Position numbers and translations under genes: made by a program. This document shows positions 12,601 to 25,300 of a stretch of 64,000 nucleotides of DNA, one piece after another. Source of the DNA: Marsupella aquatica (taxonomy: Eukaryota; Plantae; Marchantiophyta); assembly GCA_973895155.1 (NCBI GenBank), contig OZ316893.1:3206490-3270489 (forward strand), written 5' to 3'. Each line of letters begins with the position of its first letter. Within the stretch, counting starts at the first letter, position 1. The notes below the pieces were generated by a model. The model did no database searches. It worked only from the letters and a program-made list of their open reading frames with translations, and was not told the origin of the DNA.

Positions 12601-13670
12601 ATCAGCTGGAGGAGGCATGTCAGGAGGCAGCAGAGGAGACGGACGTGGCAAGGCGAGAGAACGAATCTCTGCTGGACCAGGTCCAGCTCCTCAAAGCGGA
12701 CAATGATAGGCTTCGAAGGCAGCGGGATGGCCGTTCCCATTCGGGCGGCTCTGGCAAGCGTGCCAGGCATTAGCGGCGGAGTAGGAATAGATTAGGATTA
12801 GGATTGGCTTAGTCAGGCTCTTGGGACAGGCACCTGCCTTAGGTACAGCAGCGCTGCCCTGCTGTCCAGCCTGCGTAGATTAGGATCTTCTAATAAGACA
12901 CAGCCGTTTTCCGGCCTGACTGTCAGCTTAGTTAGGACCTTAGTCAGCAAATCTTTGGCGAGAGGACACCCCGTCCCTCGGCTCTTAGTATTTAGTGCAC
13001 CCCTCGGTAGAGGCGGGGGGGGGTTTTAGTTTCAGAGTCGGACATCCGCGGGACATGCGGGGAGTCCCGACCTCTGGGAATGACAGAGTACCAAGGGGAG
13101 GGGGTAGGACTAAGCTCGCCGGGCGAGTGCGGAGCCGGGCTCCGTTGTAGTGTGCACCCTCGGCCTTGAACCTGTGCATTCCAGGGCTGTCGTGTCAACT
13201 AAGTGTACGCATATGTTCCCTTTGTAGTAAAATCCTTTCCCATCATTTTCCTTCGTGTAAATCGAGATTGTATGCATGTGTGCGCATATGTGTGTGGGTT
13301 TCTCGTATATGGGTGGCAGCGCCAGGCCGAACGCACTACCCGAGATGTGCACAAGGTGCAGCCTGCGGGTAAGTGGTTGCAAGCACGGGTTGAGGACCTG
13401 TATCATCGAATCCGGATCGAAGGCGGATAGCACGAAGGCTTAGAAGCCCTTAAGCCGGGGTCGATCCTGCTATCGACTAAGGTACGTTCCGGCGGCGGAA
13501 CACAAACCATACCTAGGAGGTGTCCGTATTTAGCAGTATGCGCACTTAGCGCTAGTTTACGAGAATAAGGTGCATTACGTGCTTCCCTTCCTGCCCGAAC
13601 CCTCAGATTTACGAGGGATGTGCCCGTCTAAGCTGAAGTCTGAGTTAAGGCCGAAGCCTACGATGTGACA
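9653..13670 (+). repeat. 3' LTR of family A (4018 bp)
   Basis: TG...CA termini, preceded by the PPT and followed by the TSD; repeat of 951-3568. Confidence 0.95.
10119..12773 (+). pseudogene. LTR-encoded ~880-aa protein: Q/P-rich linker, plant-transposon/PMD-like core, C-terminal coiled coil; two in-frame TAG stops in this copy
   Basis: ATG 10119 (equivalent to 1417 in the other LTR), ORF 10188-11951 and ORF 11979-12773 are all in one frame. The first TAG reads CAG in the 5' LTR. Core GFEHLTSLPW...EFVKNYD...TRLWGRNMSLTEERLKMIFGLPEG; the C-terminus is E/Q/A heptad-rich. Confidence 0.8.
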
Positions 13671-13974
13671 AAAATAGCTAGGGGTATACCAACTAAAACC
13701 CTTTACTGTTTTTGTCTGGACATGTTGCTCCACCAGTTTGCGTTCTAAGCACCTTTTATGGGCTTCACAATTAAACCACCACTCGGGGTATAAAGGCCCC
13801 TGCCCGCGCGTACGGGCCACTATGCCCAGGTCAGGCAGAGTGTCGGGTGCCCTGGCATCACCCGGAGCTCACAGGGCCCAGCAGCGCTCCCCCCTCCCCG
13901 TAGCCCCCCTCCCAGCCCTAGCACTTGGGCAACAGCGGCCGCTGCTGCAAGGAGCCAAGACTGGCTGGCTGCCA

Positions 13975-14540
13975 TAGCCAGCTGCGAGCAACAACCTCGC
14001 TGATACGAGATGCTGCTCGACTTGCTCGCCTCCTGCTCGAGTTGCGCGCCTCCTGATTGCCGACATGCTGCCTCCGCTCCAAGCTCCCAAGATTTCATGG
14101 CTGCCATAGCCAACTGCTCGCCTTCTCCTCGACCTGCTGCCAACCTTGCTCCCGACATCATTGCTGCTTGACCTCGCTGCTGCTCGCCTGTTGCTCACCT
14201 GTTGCTCGACTCGCTGCCACCGCTTTGAGCTCCCAAGAGTTTGTTTCCACCATAGCCAGCTGCTCGCCTGCTGCTCGCCTGCTGCTCGCCTGCTGCTTGA
14301 CTTGATGCCAACCTCGTCGCTCCCCTACTCCTCGCCTGCCTCTTGCTTGACTCGCTGCCAACCTCACTACTTGCCAGCTGCTGAACTTGCTCGCTTGCTG
14401 CTCGCGTGTCCCAACCTTGTTGCTGCTCCAACCTCGATCGTTGCTGCTCTGACCTCGTTGCTGCTCCCGACCTCGCTGCCATAGCATGGGGAAAGAAAGC
14501 TACTGTCACTGCCAAGCTCGCCTTGTTGCCATAGCTTCTT
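13975..14540. repeat. Degenerate GCTGCTCGCCT/GCCATAGC low-complexity repeat tract
   Basis: Many imperfect copies of ctgctcgcc, ctcgctgcca and gccatagc; these generate spurious ORFs in several frames. Confidence 0.7.
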
Positions 14541-15269
14541 GTTTGCTCATCGTTTTACGACTTCATTTCTCCTCATTGTTAGGTCTCAATTTCTTCTGAT
14601 CACATTGGCTCAAATCGTGCAAAGAAGTGCTGCTGTGTTTTGCCCTTCAGCTCGACTGGAAGTTGTAGAGCCTGTGCTGCCGTTTGTGAGCCTTGCTTGT
14701 GTTCATTCGGATCTACTGTGGCCTGGGTGGAGTTCCCTTTCAATATACTACTCAGATTTTGGCTCGAGTTGAGGCTGCGGTTTGGATGCTCTTGCTGCGA
14801 GTGTGTGAGCTTTTTGCCAGAGCTTTGTTCGAGTTTGAGATCACGATTGGTCCTTATCATTCTTTGCTCAGGTTTGTGCTTCCTTTCTTCTGCTATTGCT
14901 GCCATTTGTGTTCAGAGAATTTCAGCATTCCCTCTGTTGTTGCAGCGATTCAATTGTGAGCATTGCAGGTCTTATTGCTGCAATTGGTGTTGTGGATTTG
15001 TGTTCGTTGCTCCTTGGTTTTCAGCAGCAAGGTAGTGCAACCAGGAGTTCTGATCTTGGTGCTCGGATTTCGGTTGTGAGGTTTCTTTGAGGATTTCATT
15101 CCACTGTGTTGCTGCCATTTTAGTTGTTGCAAGTGCTGTGAGCTTTTTTGGTGACGATCAGGCTATTTTTGCAGTGACAACAGGGTCTGATTTTCAATGT
15201 ACATCCTTTGCTAATGTTGTGCAAGAGCAGCAAGTGACATGTGAATGTGATTGGTTTTGTGTCAGGAAG

Positions 15270-15669
15270 ATGGCGCCGACTAGAAAATTGAGAGCCATGT
15301 TGACTGAAAATGGCAATGGGATCTACAATTTGACCTGGCAGGATCCTAGTCATGTTGAGGGCACTCCACCCACTGTCCAGACTGTCACTGTGCAGGAGGT
15401 CCAGGCTGATTTTCCAGATTTTTGTACTGCAATTACAGAGTGTCACAGTGATCTCAACCCTGTAGTCCCAAATTGAGCAGCTGATCATGTGCGCTGCATA
15501 TAGTTATGTTGAAACTGTCATGAGAAGGAAGAGATACCAAGTCTACACTCACTTGGCCTACGTAGCAGGGTATGCCGAGAGAACTAAGTTTCCTGAACTG
15601 GTTGAAGCTTCTGTGAAAGCTACTTGGCATGATGAAGGAGAGGAATTCGTAGGATTCCTTGCTAATTAG
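15270..15669 (+). pseudogene. KolX-like (P2X7 cytoplasmic-ballast-like) accessory protein, frameshifted
   Basis: MAPTRKLRAML... followed by RRKRYQVYTHLAYVAGYAERTKFPELVEASVKATWHDEGEEFVGF, which resembles the RYxxY...G...R..xPxxV...I....xx.....F/YxGF ballast/KolX pattern. Convergent with the transposase. Confidence 0.55.
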
Positions 15670-17918
15670 GGATAGAGAGACTTCTGCCACACTTCATGTT
15701 TATGTTTCAATGTTTGATATGACTAATAAAGCTGTTTGCAGAATACAACTCCTGCTGGTTGGCAGCATAAGGGGTTCAATTCCCCTTGGGAGTACATGTT
15801 ACAGCAACACAAAAACATATTTGCATGAGAAGCACATTGTTCTATCTTGTTTACATTCTCCCTTGTATATTATCGTCGTTTCTTCCTTCCCATTGCACTT
15901 GTCAAAGTTGGTAGTATATGCTATCTATTGCAACTCTAGTGTGTGAAGTACTGTGCATTCAGACCAAACAACTTTTATCACCAAACACTATTATCACCAA
16001 ACATTGTTTCATGTCCAAACTGCAATATTCCTTGTAATGATGGCTCATTGGAGTCGGCACTCTCAAAATTTCCAATGTTCTTAGCTATCATATGAGAGTC
16101 AAAAGCTCCATCTATAGCTCTTGCCTTGAGTCACATTACTACTGATGTGAGGTGATCATTTTTCTAGTCAGGTCCCGGCCCTCCTCAAGAGAATCACCCC
16201 TACAACAATGACAACCATTTTAGAGTAAGTTACACAATGACAACCATTTTACAGCAAAATAAAACCTATTTCAATGAACTAATTTTATTGCCTATACTCA
16301 CATAAAGTATGTTAGCCGAGGTCTTTTACGGAGGCCTGGCACCACTCCATAAGTACACTGATAGCTATGTTCACCCCTCCTGCATAAAATCACCCACAAA
16401 ATTGTACCTTATAATAATTGTCATCAACATTGATATAGCAATATGCTTACATTGCCACTTGTAAAAAATATTTAGCTCATCTCATTACTTTACCTTGGTT
16501 CTAAGATGGAGGTGGCACTCCATAAATACGCTCACTCCTTCGGTCTTTCCAATTAGTGGTCCGGTCCACCAACACTCGGGTTCGACCAGGACGCTGTCCT
16601 GGGAATAGTGAGCTCTCAAGAACACGTCGGGTGCCTGGCTGCATGTGCTAATTATGCTACTTATCACTTGTAAGAGACCTCATGCTTAGAACCAATTCCC
16701 TTGAGAGCCTTGTCCCCTCCCGACCATTTCTCAAGTTTTTTGGGTTCCCCTGTGCCTCTTGCGGTTTTCTCCAGATAAACTGGGTGGGAAGGGCGTACCC
16801 TTTTCCGCAAGGACTCCTAAGCACTTTTGGTACCAAGAGATATGTGTGATCTACTCCAGATAATGACAATAACACCAGAGTAGTCGGGGCCAGGCCCACA
16901 CTCCACAAATCTCTCCTCCAAGTGATAATCTTCTCTACTTGCTTCTATCAACTCTCGGCTATGATCTTTCTTCTATTACACTATTATGAACACTCACATC
17001 CCCATCTGTACATCTATATAGTATTAATGGATCTGACGATGCGATAATTGCAGTGTATCCTTCTTCCCCAAACTTCTGTGTAAGAACCTGCCTAATATCT
17101 ACCTTCCTCTTTACTATCAACTTGATGCTCACCGTAGAATGCAAATTCAGAATCTGCGGACTCTCATTCAAATCAATATTGACATTCATACTTCCTATTA
17201 TGCTTACTAACTAAGAGAGGTTCAGCGGCAGAGCCGTCCCTACTTGATCACAGGTTCGTGGATATTATATCTATGGTATTGGCGGCATAGCCGACCTTGC
17301 CAGATTCAAAGCTCCATCTTCAAGGTACTCGAGTGATGGCAGTGCCTTCCATGACCAAGAATCAAGAAACTTAGAACCCTTTCACCATAGAAACCGACGG
17401 CATAGCCATTCTGTTAGTCCTAGAACCAATGTTCAAACATTCATCTAATGCAAATGCACATAATATGCGCTCTATGCACTCTCTATCCTCACACTCATAC
17501 ACTTGAAATGCTGGAAAATGGACTCCCTTAGGGGGGCAAACCTCCCTCTTATTTATAATTAGAGCCAAACCACGCTGGTCCCTTTACAAGAGTATCCTAG
17601 AAGATACTAGAATTAACTAGAACTTACTAGAACTTACTTTTTATCACGGTAAATTCTAGAACTCACTTTTTACCATGGTAAACTCTAGAACTTACCGGAA
17701 TTTACCGTTTTACTATAGTAAATACAAGAAATTACTATTTACTAAGGTAGATTCTAGAAGTTACTGAAATTTATCTTTTTACTATGGTCAATTCTAGAAG
17801 TTACTATTTACTATGGTAGACCTTGAAAATTACCAAGACTTATAATTTTACTTGGTAAAACCCAAAATCTCTTTTTTACCATAAAACCTCTATTTTTATA
17901 TTTTCACACAAAATCAAG

Positions 17919-20900
17919 CTATTCTCCATATAATCTAATTCCCTTACGACAACGCTCTCTAATAGCAGTATTCACGGGCGTGCGATGGTAGACCTTCCAC
18001 ACATGTCGGCGGATATTCTCGTTCCAATCAAGGGCAGCACAACACAAGCGAGCCTCATGAGTAGCTGAGAAATGAATACGCTTGATGGCATACTTGCCCA
18101 TCACAGAGTGATAGGTCTCCGACATGAAGTTCTCCCGAGCCATGGTATAAAACCTCATCTTGGAAGGAGTAATATACTTCTTCATGAACTTTTGCATGGC
18201 TAAGTGAGTCTCACCACCTGCATGCACATAACCCACATTGTGAATAATGTGACCCAACAATAACACCCAAATGATTTTTGGACAACTATAGTAAGTAACA
18301 TATATTGATTTGTACCTCGCTCATAATAATGGTCAACCTGGATGGCTCCAGGGTCTCCAAGATGCTGACAAGGTCTATCCGATAGTGTTGCACATAACGC
18401 ATGATCGCCAGCCCAATGATCAGCACAGTTTCCCAACTCAAAGGCCAACGACTCTGCATCTCCCCCACTGCCAAACAAAAAAATTGTCAAAACTCTATTA
18501 TATATGCTACTAGACCTCAACCCATATTACAACATTTACACATAAAATGCAAAATCAAAGAAGTCACACGGACCATGCATAAAAAAATTCACATACTTGG
18601 TCCTACAGCGTCGACAACATACATAGAACCATGTCTTCAATTTTGTGGCCAAGTTATGCTGAGACAACTCTGGATACTTTGGACCACGAGTCTGAATGTG
18701 TACTAGCTCCTCATCAGGTAACCCACGCATGTCAGCAACTTTATGGACTAGTGCCTCCTTCCTGAGGGTTGAGTACCCTCTCACTCCTTGTGTTTTCAAC
18801 CAATCCTACAACCTTTTAGTAGTAACTGCTTGGAGCTCAGAACGAGACGTGGCAGTATCAATGTCAATAGTAATAGTGTATGTCACGCTCACCATCTTCT
18901 CCACAAACTTTTTGACCAAGCTCTTTGCCTTATGCCATAGGTCTTTCTGGTTCCTAATCCCCATATCCTCCACAATAGTATCGATAGTGGCTTTATCATC
19001 ATGGATAATCTCTGTGATAGATATCCCTACCTCTCTCAAACTATCCAATGCCTTTTTGGTACCCCTGTCCTCCATATACCAGGCATTTCTCTCCTCTCGC
19101 CTTGTAATTGTGACCATCTCAATTACTCTATTATCTTCAGTGTTGAGGATAGAGGTGGTACCATGAAAACCACTCCGAGAAGAATCCCAACGAGTATCAA
19201 GATACACCACCAACCCTGGATCTGTGTCAAACCACACAAAAGTACTAAGAATCAAAATTTAGGATAAATTGTATCATGATACTATCAATCTATGACTGGT
19301 CTTCTAACTAACTTGCTAACCTGTCTCAGTCCTCCGTCGATGCTGAAGCTGCTCCCTCTGCTGCTCCCATAGATGATTTTTGTCCTCCTTCCACTCTTGC
19401 TTCATAGCTACTATCCATCCACCTTGGGGTCGCCTACGACCACTCTGAAAGTCGTGCCAATGACCCGCAGTAGGGACATGTAATCCTAGGTGCGAGGTAA
19501 CAGAAGCCAAGGATGTGTATGTCAATCCGGAGCAAAGAGTAGAATGATATAACTTGGGAGTAATCATGGGGGAACTCCTGCCTGGCTCGTTGTCACCTGT
19601 AACAAAAGTCCAACCATGTCCATCCACACCACAACCAATGCGAATTGACCATAACTGATGCAACTCCCTAACACGCTCAACTATCAGAGTCCTCAAACAT
19701 CCCTGTACATGACATCGAGGGAGTAGCCGATCAACAAACGTAACCAGCAAATGACGATAAAAAAACCCCACTGTAGCTGGCCGACGGGGTGGTGCTCTAC
19801 GAGTCGGCAAAGTGTCCGAAACTGGAGCCGGCTGAGAGTCTGGAACTAGAGTGGGGTGAGAGTCCAAATCTGGAGCTGGCTGAGAGTCCGGAACTGGAGC
19901 CGACTGAGCGTCCGGAATGGGAGATGGCTGAACGTCGGGAACTCTCAATGCCTCCTGATACAATAAATCCACAATCTTATGTCAAGAATTATTTTTGAAT
20001 TTTCTACAAAGTTTTTGAAAAGGTGATGGTCATGAAACATCTCATACCTGAAAGGTATCCCCATCCACAATGTCCAAGGCCCCTAAAGCTGCAAGAGCAA
20101 CTGGGTCATCATCTTGACAAAGAGAGTCATCCTCCGCATCTGAGGCATATTGCTCCGCAATATGTTCCTCCAAGACCTCATCCTCTACTCTATCTGAATC
20201 CCATGCCTCGTGTTGGGCAGTCTGCAAATAGTACAAAGATGAAGTTTAGCAATGAATAGAACCCTAAAATGTTACTAAACCCTAAAGTTGTAAAGTACCA
20301 AATTATGAGCACCACCCATATTTTATAGTTGTGAAAAATATTGTAGTAATAAGGTATGCCTCACATGATATATGACTTTAGTAACCCTAAAACATATGAA
20401 AGTTTTTTATTCGTGTGTTGGGGTGAAAAATATAGGGGCTCATTACAAAACAGAATTAAAACTTAGCAAAAGAATGCTCAATTGTCATAACAAAACCCTA
20501 AACCCTAAAAATGGTGAAATTGAAGAAAGGGGACAACTGGCCAAAATAAGATAGTAACACATAGACACATATATGAATGACACCATAAAAGAGACAAATG
20601 TACCTGAAGTGGTGGGCCAGAAGGCTGGCTACTGTCGTGCTCAGGTGCGGCTGGAGGTGCTTCGTCCCCCATCAATTGAGTGGCCTCCGCTATCCGCCAT
20701 GCACGGAGTTCCTCAACCCCAGGTCGCGAGTGATCTAGTAACCATGTGACCACAGTAGAATGTGTGGTATCTGGTCCAAGCAAAGCTCTAAGGTCCTCCC
20801 ACTCATCCCACCGCTCAAGTGGGACCCGGATTTCTGGCTTGGCATCCGGTCTCCGTCTCTTCTTATAATCTATATCATCACTCAGATACCGTCGCCTGGG

Positions 20901-20972
20901 TGGACCACCCCCTCGTTGGGGACGTTTCCGCCTCCCATCCAGAAGATTGGGGGGGCGCCCCCCTCTGCTCAT
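17919..20972 (-). pseudogene. Multi-exon Kolobok-type (Mutator-like fold) DDE transposase with a SAP-like insert
   Basis: Exon-like ORFs 20505-20972, 20042-20236, 19316-19972, 18806-19255, 18536-18799, ~18300-18470 and 17919-18266. Motifs YLDTRWDS, AWYMEDRG, EIIHDD, QKDLWHKAK, HWAGDHALC, MSETYHSVMGKYAIKR, RLCCAALDWNEN. In-frame stop at 18806. Confidence 0.8.
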
Positions 20973-22311
20973 ACTGTCCTATCCTAACACCACCCTGTGA
21001 AAATGTACCTAAAATCTAAAAATAAAACCTTACATATGAGAACTAGAGACTGGATGCCAAGCCCAACCCGGTGAACAAACACAAAATTACACAAAACAAT
21101 GCAAAGTCAAAAATGGAGAGGAAGAAAAGGAAGGAGCACTAGACCTCTTGGAGTCCACTTGTGACTATGACAGCCCAACCCTCCCCCCCCCCCTACCAAG
21201 ACCCCCTCCTCCCTCCTGCGTTGTCCTCCCCACCTCCCCTCCACGGCTGATCACCTTGGCTGGAACAGAAACCCTAATCCCATGCTGTGGCCGCCACATT
21301 TTTGACCCCATAGAGGGGACTTTCCCAAAAATCAATGTCATATGAACTGCAAGGATTCTAACTCAGGACCTCCTGGGTGGGAGGCAGGGGTTTGGACCAT
21401 CATGCTAAGGGAGATGTTCAAAGTTGTAGATTCCTAAACTGTATATGAGCTATTAGGCTGCGCCTCAGCCCTGGCCACTTCCCTGTTCTCCCGGCCTGCA
21501 CCCCGCTTTCTCCCCTGGCACCCTACACTTTATCACACCAGGTGTCCCCTGCCCGGCCTGCCCGTAAATTTGAATTTCAAATTTACCTCTCCACCCAATC
21601 AGAAGCCCCCGTTTGTTTTTCAGTATTTTCTCGTTCATTTTGGATCATTTTCTAGTGCGGATTTGTCTGGGACGTAGATCTCAGCGAGATCTTCAAAATG
21701 AGCCGTAGATCGTTCAGTTTCATGGGCGGATGAGATTATGGCAGCGGTTGTTCGGAGGGTTACCGATGGGCGCCCGTCCGCACTCGCGAGCATGCGGTTT
21801 CTGGAGTGAGTACTCCGGGTCACCCTGAGTACTTATATTACGAATTGTGGTTTAAGAGCATCGGGTCTTGTTGAAAGTTGAGGACTCACCACGTGTTGAG
21901 CTAAGCTATGCTGCTCCTCCTCGGTGCCCACTTTCTTTTTAATTCTTCCATTTGAATTCAAACGGCTTCCACTTGGTTCACGAAAACACTTTCCACATGT
22001 ACTTTTGTACACAGAGTAAGCTCGGTGAGATCAGAGAGCAATAATCAATTCAGGAATGTCACCTCTCACGTCGACAATTCACTATATGTACAGTGTTTTT
22101 GCGTTTCCATATTACAATATGTCTGCGATGAGTGTTCACGTTAAGATTCCGTAACATTTTGATAACTACTGATGACATGCTTCCCCTCCAGAGCTGTCGA
22201 AAATTACAATTTCTATTCCAAAAAGCATCACATCTGGAACCTTTTTAAAAGGTGTGGCATGGAATCTGGGCAGATGAACCTGGATGTGGGCGACTATGTC
22301 AGACATTGAAT

Positions 22312-25300
22312 TCAGCCTTCTTGACTATCAGTTGCCTGAGCAGAGTTAGCCTTCTGAGGAAGGTACAGCTTGTAATTGTACTGGTAGAAGTACGCTGCGA
22401 CTAGGAAGACTAGACAGTTTACTCCACAAATGATGGCCAGAACCCAGTAGTAACTTTCGAGACCACCGTCGTTGAAGCGCTCGATCAACCAACGTCCGCC
22501 TTTCTGATGCTTGGTCACACTGTTGGTGACATTCACCACCACAGAGCTGAAGTAGTAGCCCAACGATAAGGCTGCGAACGAAAAAGAAATCCCGATGCTG
22601 CGAGTGTTGTCCGACACCTCATGGTAGAAGAACTCGTAACTCGCCAACAGGGTCCCAAACTCCGCCATGGAAGTGAAGAAGAACTGCAGAAGGAGCCAAT
22701 ACATCTTCATCGGGAGCTGGAAGAAGGGGGAGTGCGTGTATCCCAGATCGCGAACGTATCCCAGCCGCTTTCGCTCGACCAGTGCGGCGACGACCATGGC
22801 CAAGGACGCTGAAATCAGCCCCAGTCCAATACGCATCAAAGGGGTAATGCCGAACGGATTCTTCGTCACCTTCCTCAAAATTGGGCGGATGATAAAGTCG
22901 AAGAGAAGTACAATAATAATGGACATCAAAATTCCAGCCGCAGCTAGAGATTGCGGGGGAAGAACGAAGTGTTTGGTCAGAGACCGGTTGAGAGTTTGGC
23001 CCTGCTGTGCCGTGAAGGTATTTGCCTGGGAGTACACAAGGGAAACATACCACGTGCACATCCAGACCGGCACGATAAAGAGAATTCTCTTCGTTTCTTC
23101 GACCTGCGTCACACCAGCTAGCCTCCACCGATTTCCTGTGCCTCCTTCATTCTCTATGATGGCCGCCCTGTCCAGAAACCTGCATTGGTTGGGGTTGAAT
23201 CCAACGAACTCATGAGTGGCCGTTTGAATTGTCTTTGGAATATATCGGTGCGTTAATGTGCGCACCTTTGTACTTTTAGATTCGTTCTACAACCCCACTG
23301 TGGCTTCTACATACCTTCAAATCGATTTGCTTCATTTGATCATTTGCTGCAGATCTCTACATTAGTTGCTTGGACACAGTACAATCCCTGAACAGACTTC
23401 GGCTTAGATTAATCAAGTGATATTTACATTTCCCCAACCTCAATTCAAAGGACGAATCAAGACGAGAATTGCGTATTACCTTAGCTTTCTTGATCGTTCC
23501 AGCCAATCTCCAGAAAGGGGAGCGTCGTAGAGACTGCTGGTGGCTTCCGGAATGGCCAACCTCCTCTTTCGAAAGGCCGCAACTGCTACCTGGACCATAC
23601 GCGTGATGAAGCTTCCCGAGGGTTTCTTGTGTCGATACTTGGGCGTACCGACGAGGAAGATTAAGAACGCCACTACGAACAATATCAGCAGCCAAGCAAA
23701 TCCCCAATCTTTGCTCACGTAACTGAGAATGTAGACGGAGAGGGAGAACGCGGTCAGCAGACCAAGGTTCTGCGCAAAGTAGAACCAAGTGAAGTAATGT
23801 ACGCTTTGCTTCTTCTCTACTGGGTCCGATTCATCAAATTGCTGAGCCCCAAGCGCAGCTAAACCTGCTTTGACGAAGCCAGATCCCAGAGCTATGGTAT
23901 ACAGAGCAACATAAATTGGTGCCATGTATTTCGTTCCTGCCTGTGGGCACGGTGCCGTCGGCGTTGGCGTACAGGCTGGGGGCTGCAGCCCCGAATAATC
24001 GGAGGTGACGATGAGAACCCCCAGTCCCTGGATTGCCAGTTCAAGATTTGAGTCAACAAGTCGTCTCTGAGTACACATTCTCCACGCCACGCATTCCGGG
24101 AGAGTATTTAGCAAATGCTCAATCTCTTAGAAGGTTTGTTCAGCAAAGCACTATGTGCCAAGACTTGAAACTGAGCATGTCAGTTTGAACATGGAACAAA
24201 ACACTACAGGTCTGGACTTTCGAAAAGATAAAATTTCTAGCTCTTTAAGAGTAAATTATGGACAAATGTACTACGATGGAACCTCCAAAATCATATATAC
24301 TTAAATTTGAATCATTATTTCTGCACAAACTTGACGGTAATGAAACGTGAAGTGTGCACTAAGAAGTTTTGCTGGTTTTAATCGTGCATGACACTGAAAG
24401 ACTTGGCTTGTAGAATGCATTCATTAGAGTTGAACTTACAAGTATTTCGATGACTGCGCCAATGAGAGTCGTAACGTAGTACCCTAGATAGCTGTCTGCC
24501 AGGAAGCCCCCTAGCACAGGGACGAGAAAAAAGGTGCCTGCGAAGTCGTTGGCGATCGTTCCAGCATTGGGAAAGCTCTGGTGGAGATACTTGTTAAGGT
24601 AAAACAACAGACCGACTAGGATGGAAATTGAACAGACCGAGTCCGCAGTGGTTAAAGCTGCAGCAAGACCAAAAAGGCCCAAATCAGCCACTGTGCGTCA
24701 TACCACAACACGCTACACTAACTAGAATCCTACTGTAGGTATTGTACATAAAGCTAGAATCGTGAAAGTGCGCTGTTAAGATAGGGGTTGTGATAGGCAA
24801 TGATGATCCTGCATTATTTTGCAGATCGGCAATTGCACGTATTTTCTAACTTTCTGACGTCGGGTCGAAGGTCTGATCAACTCAGGCACATACCATAAAC
24901 ATATATTGCGGCACTCATTCGCCCAGTTCTTGATTTGTCGCTTGGACGGCCCCTCAAAGTCACTGCATCTGAATGTGTGCCGTCTACATATTTTTTGCTA
25001 GTATTTCCAGGATCCTCCACGTCCTGCTGGCCTGGAGGAACAGGAGAAGGTGCGGAATGGATTTGTTGAGACGTCTGCAAGGAAGCATGATTGAAGATTT
25101 CCAACAAAAGAAACATCATTAGAAACATTCTGCTGAAACGGGAAACATATCCGTGAAACGAGTATACTTGAAATTCGATTCCTTGCAGAGAAAATCCAGT
25201 ACTATCATGCATGGTTAAAAAATCCGGAGTGAATCACGGATGCAAATGTTTGCCATGGCACGTAAGCAAGTCTTCAGAATAGTTACGCCGAGGATTACGC

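Larger units (their letters stand above)
951..13670 (+). mobile_element. Full-length Ty3/gypsy LTR retrotransposon, non-chromovirus type (family A), with giant protein-coding LTRs
   Basis: Direct repeats start TGTGAC at 951 and 9653 and end GTGACA at 3568 and 13670. 5-bp TSD AAAAT at 946-950 and 13671-13675. PBS and PPT present. Domain order gag-PR-RT-RH-IN; no chromodomain seen after the integrase. Confidence 0.96.
13775..21851 (-). mobile_element. Kolobok-like DNA transposon
   Basis: TTAA on both sides (13771-13774, 21852-21855). Imperfect TIRs ACCACCACTCGGGGTATAA and ACCACAATTCGTAATATAA (14/19). Encodes a Kolobok-type DDE transposase and a convergent KolX-like gene. Confidence 0.72.

Noticed and set aside
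951-13670. Tandem segmental duplication instead of LTRs
   Set aside because: TG..CA ends, the AAAAT TSD, the PBS and the PPT all coincide with the repeat borders.
12780-13670. Hammerhead ribozyme (retrozyme-like) in the LTR
   Set aside because: I found no CTGA(N)GA...GAAA core with flanking stems by eye; an Infernal search would be needed to exclude variants.
13820-14515. Several 80-113-aa ORFs on both strands
   Set aside because: They are by-products of a low-complexity GCT/CTCG repeat and show no recognisable domain.
22619-23215. Overlapping alternative-frame and antisense ORFs
   Set aside because: They are shadows of the NPF last exon.
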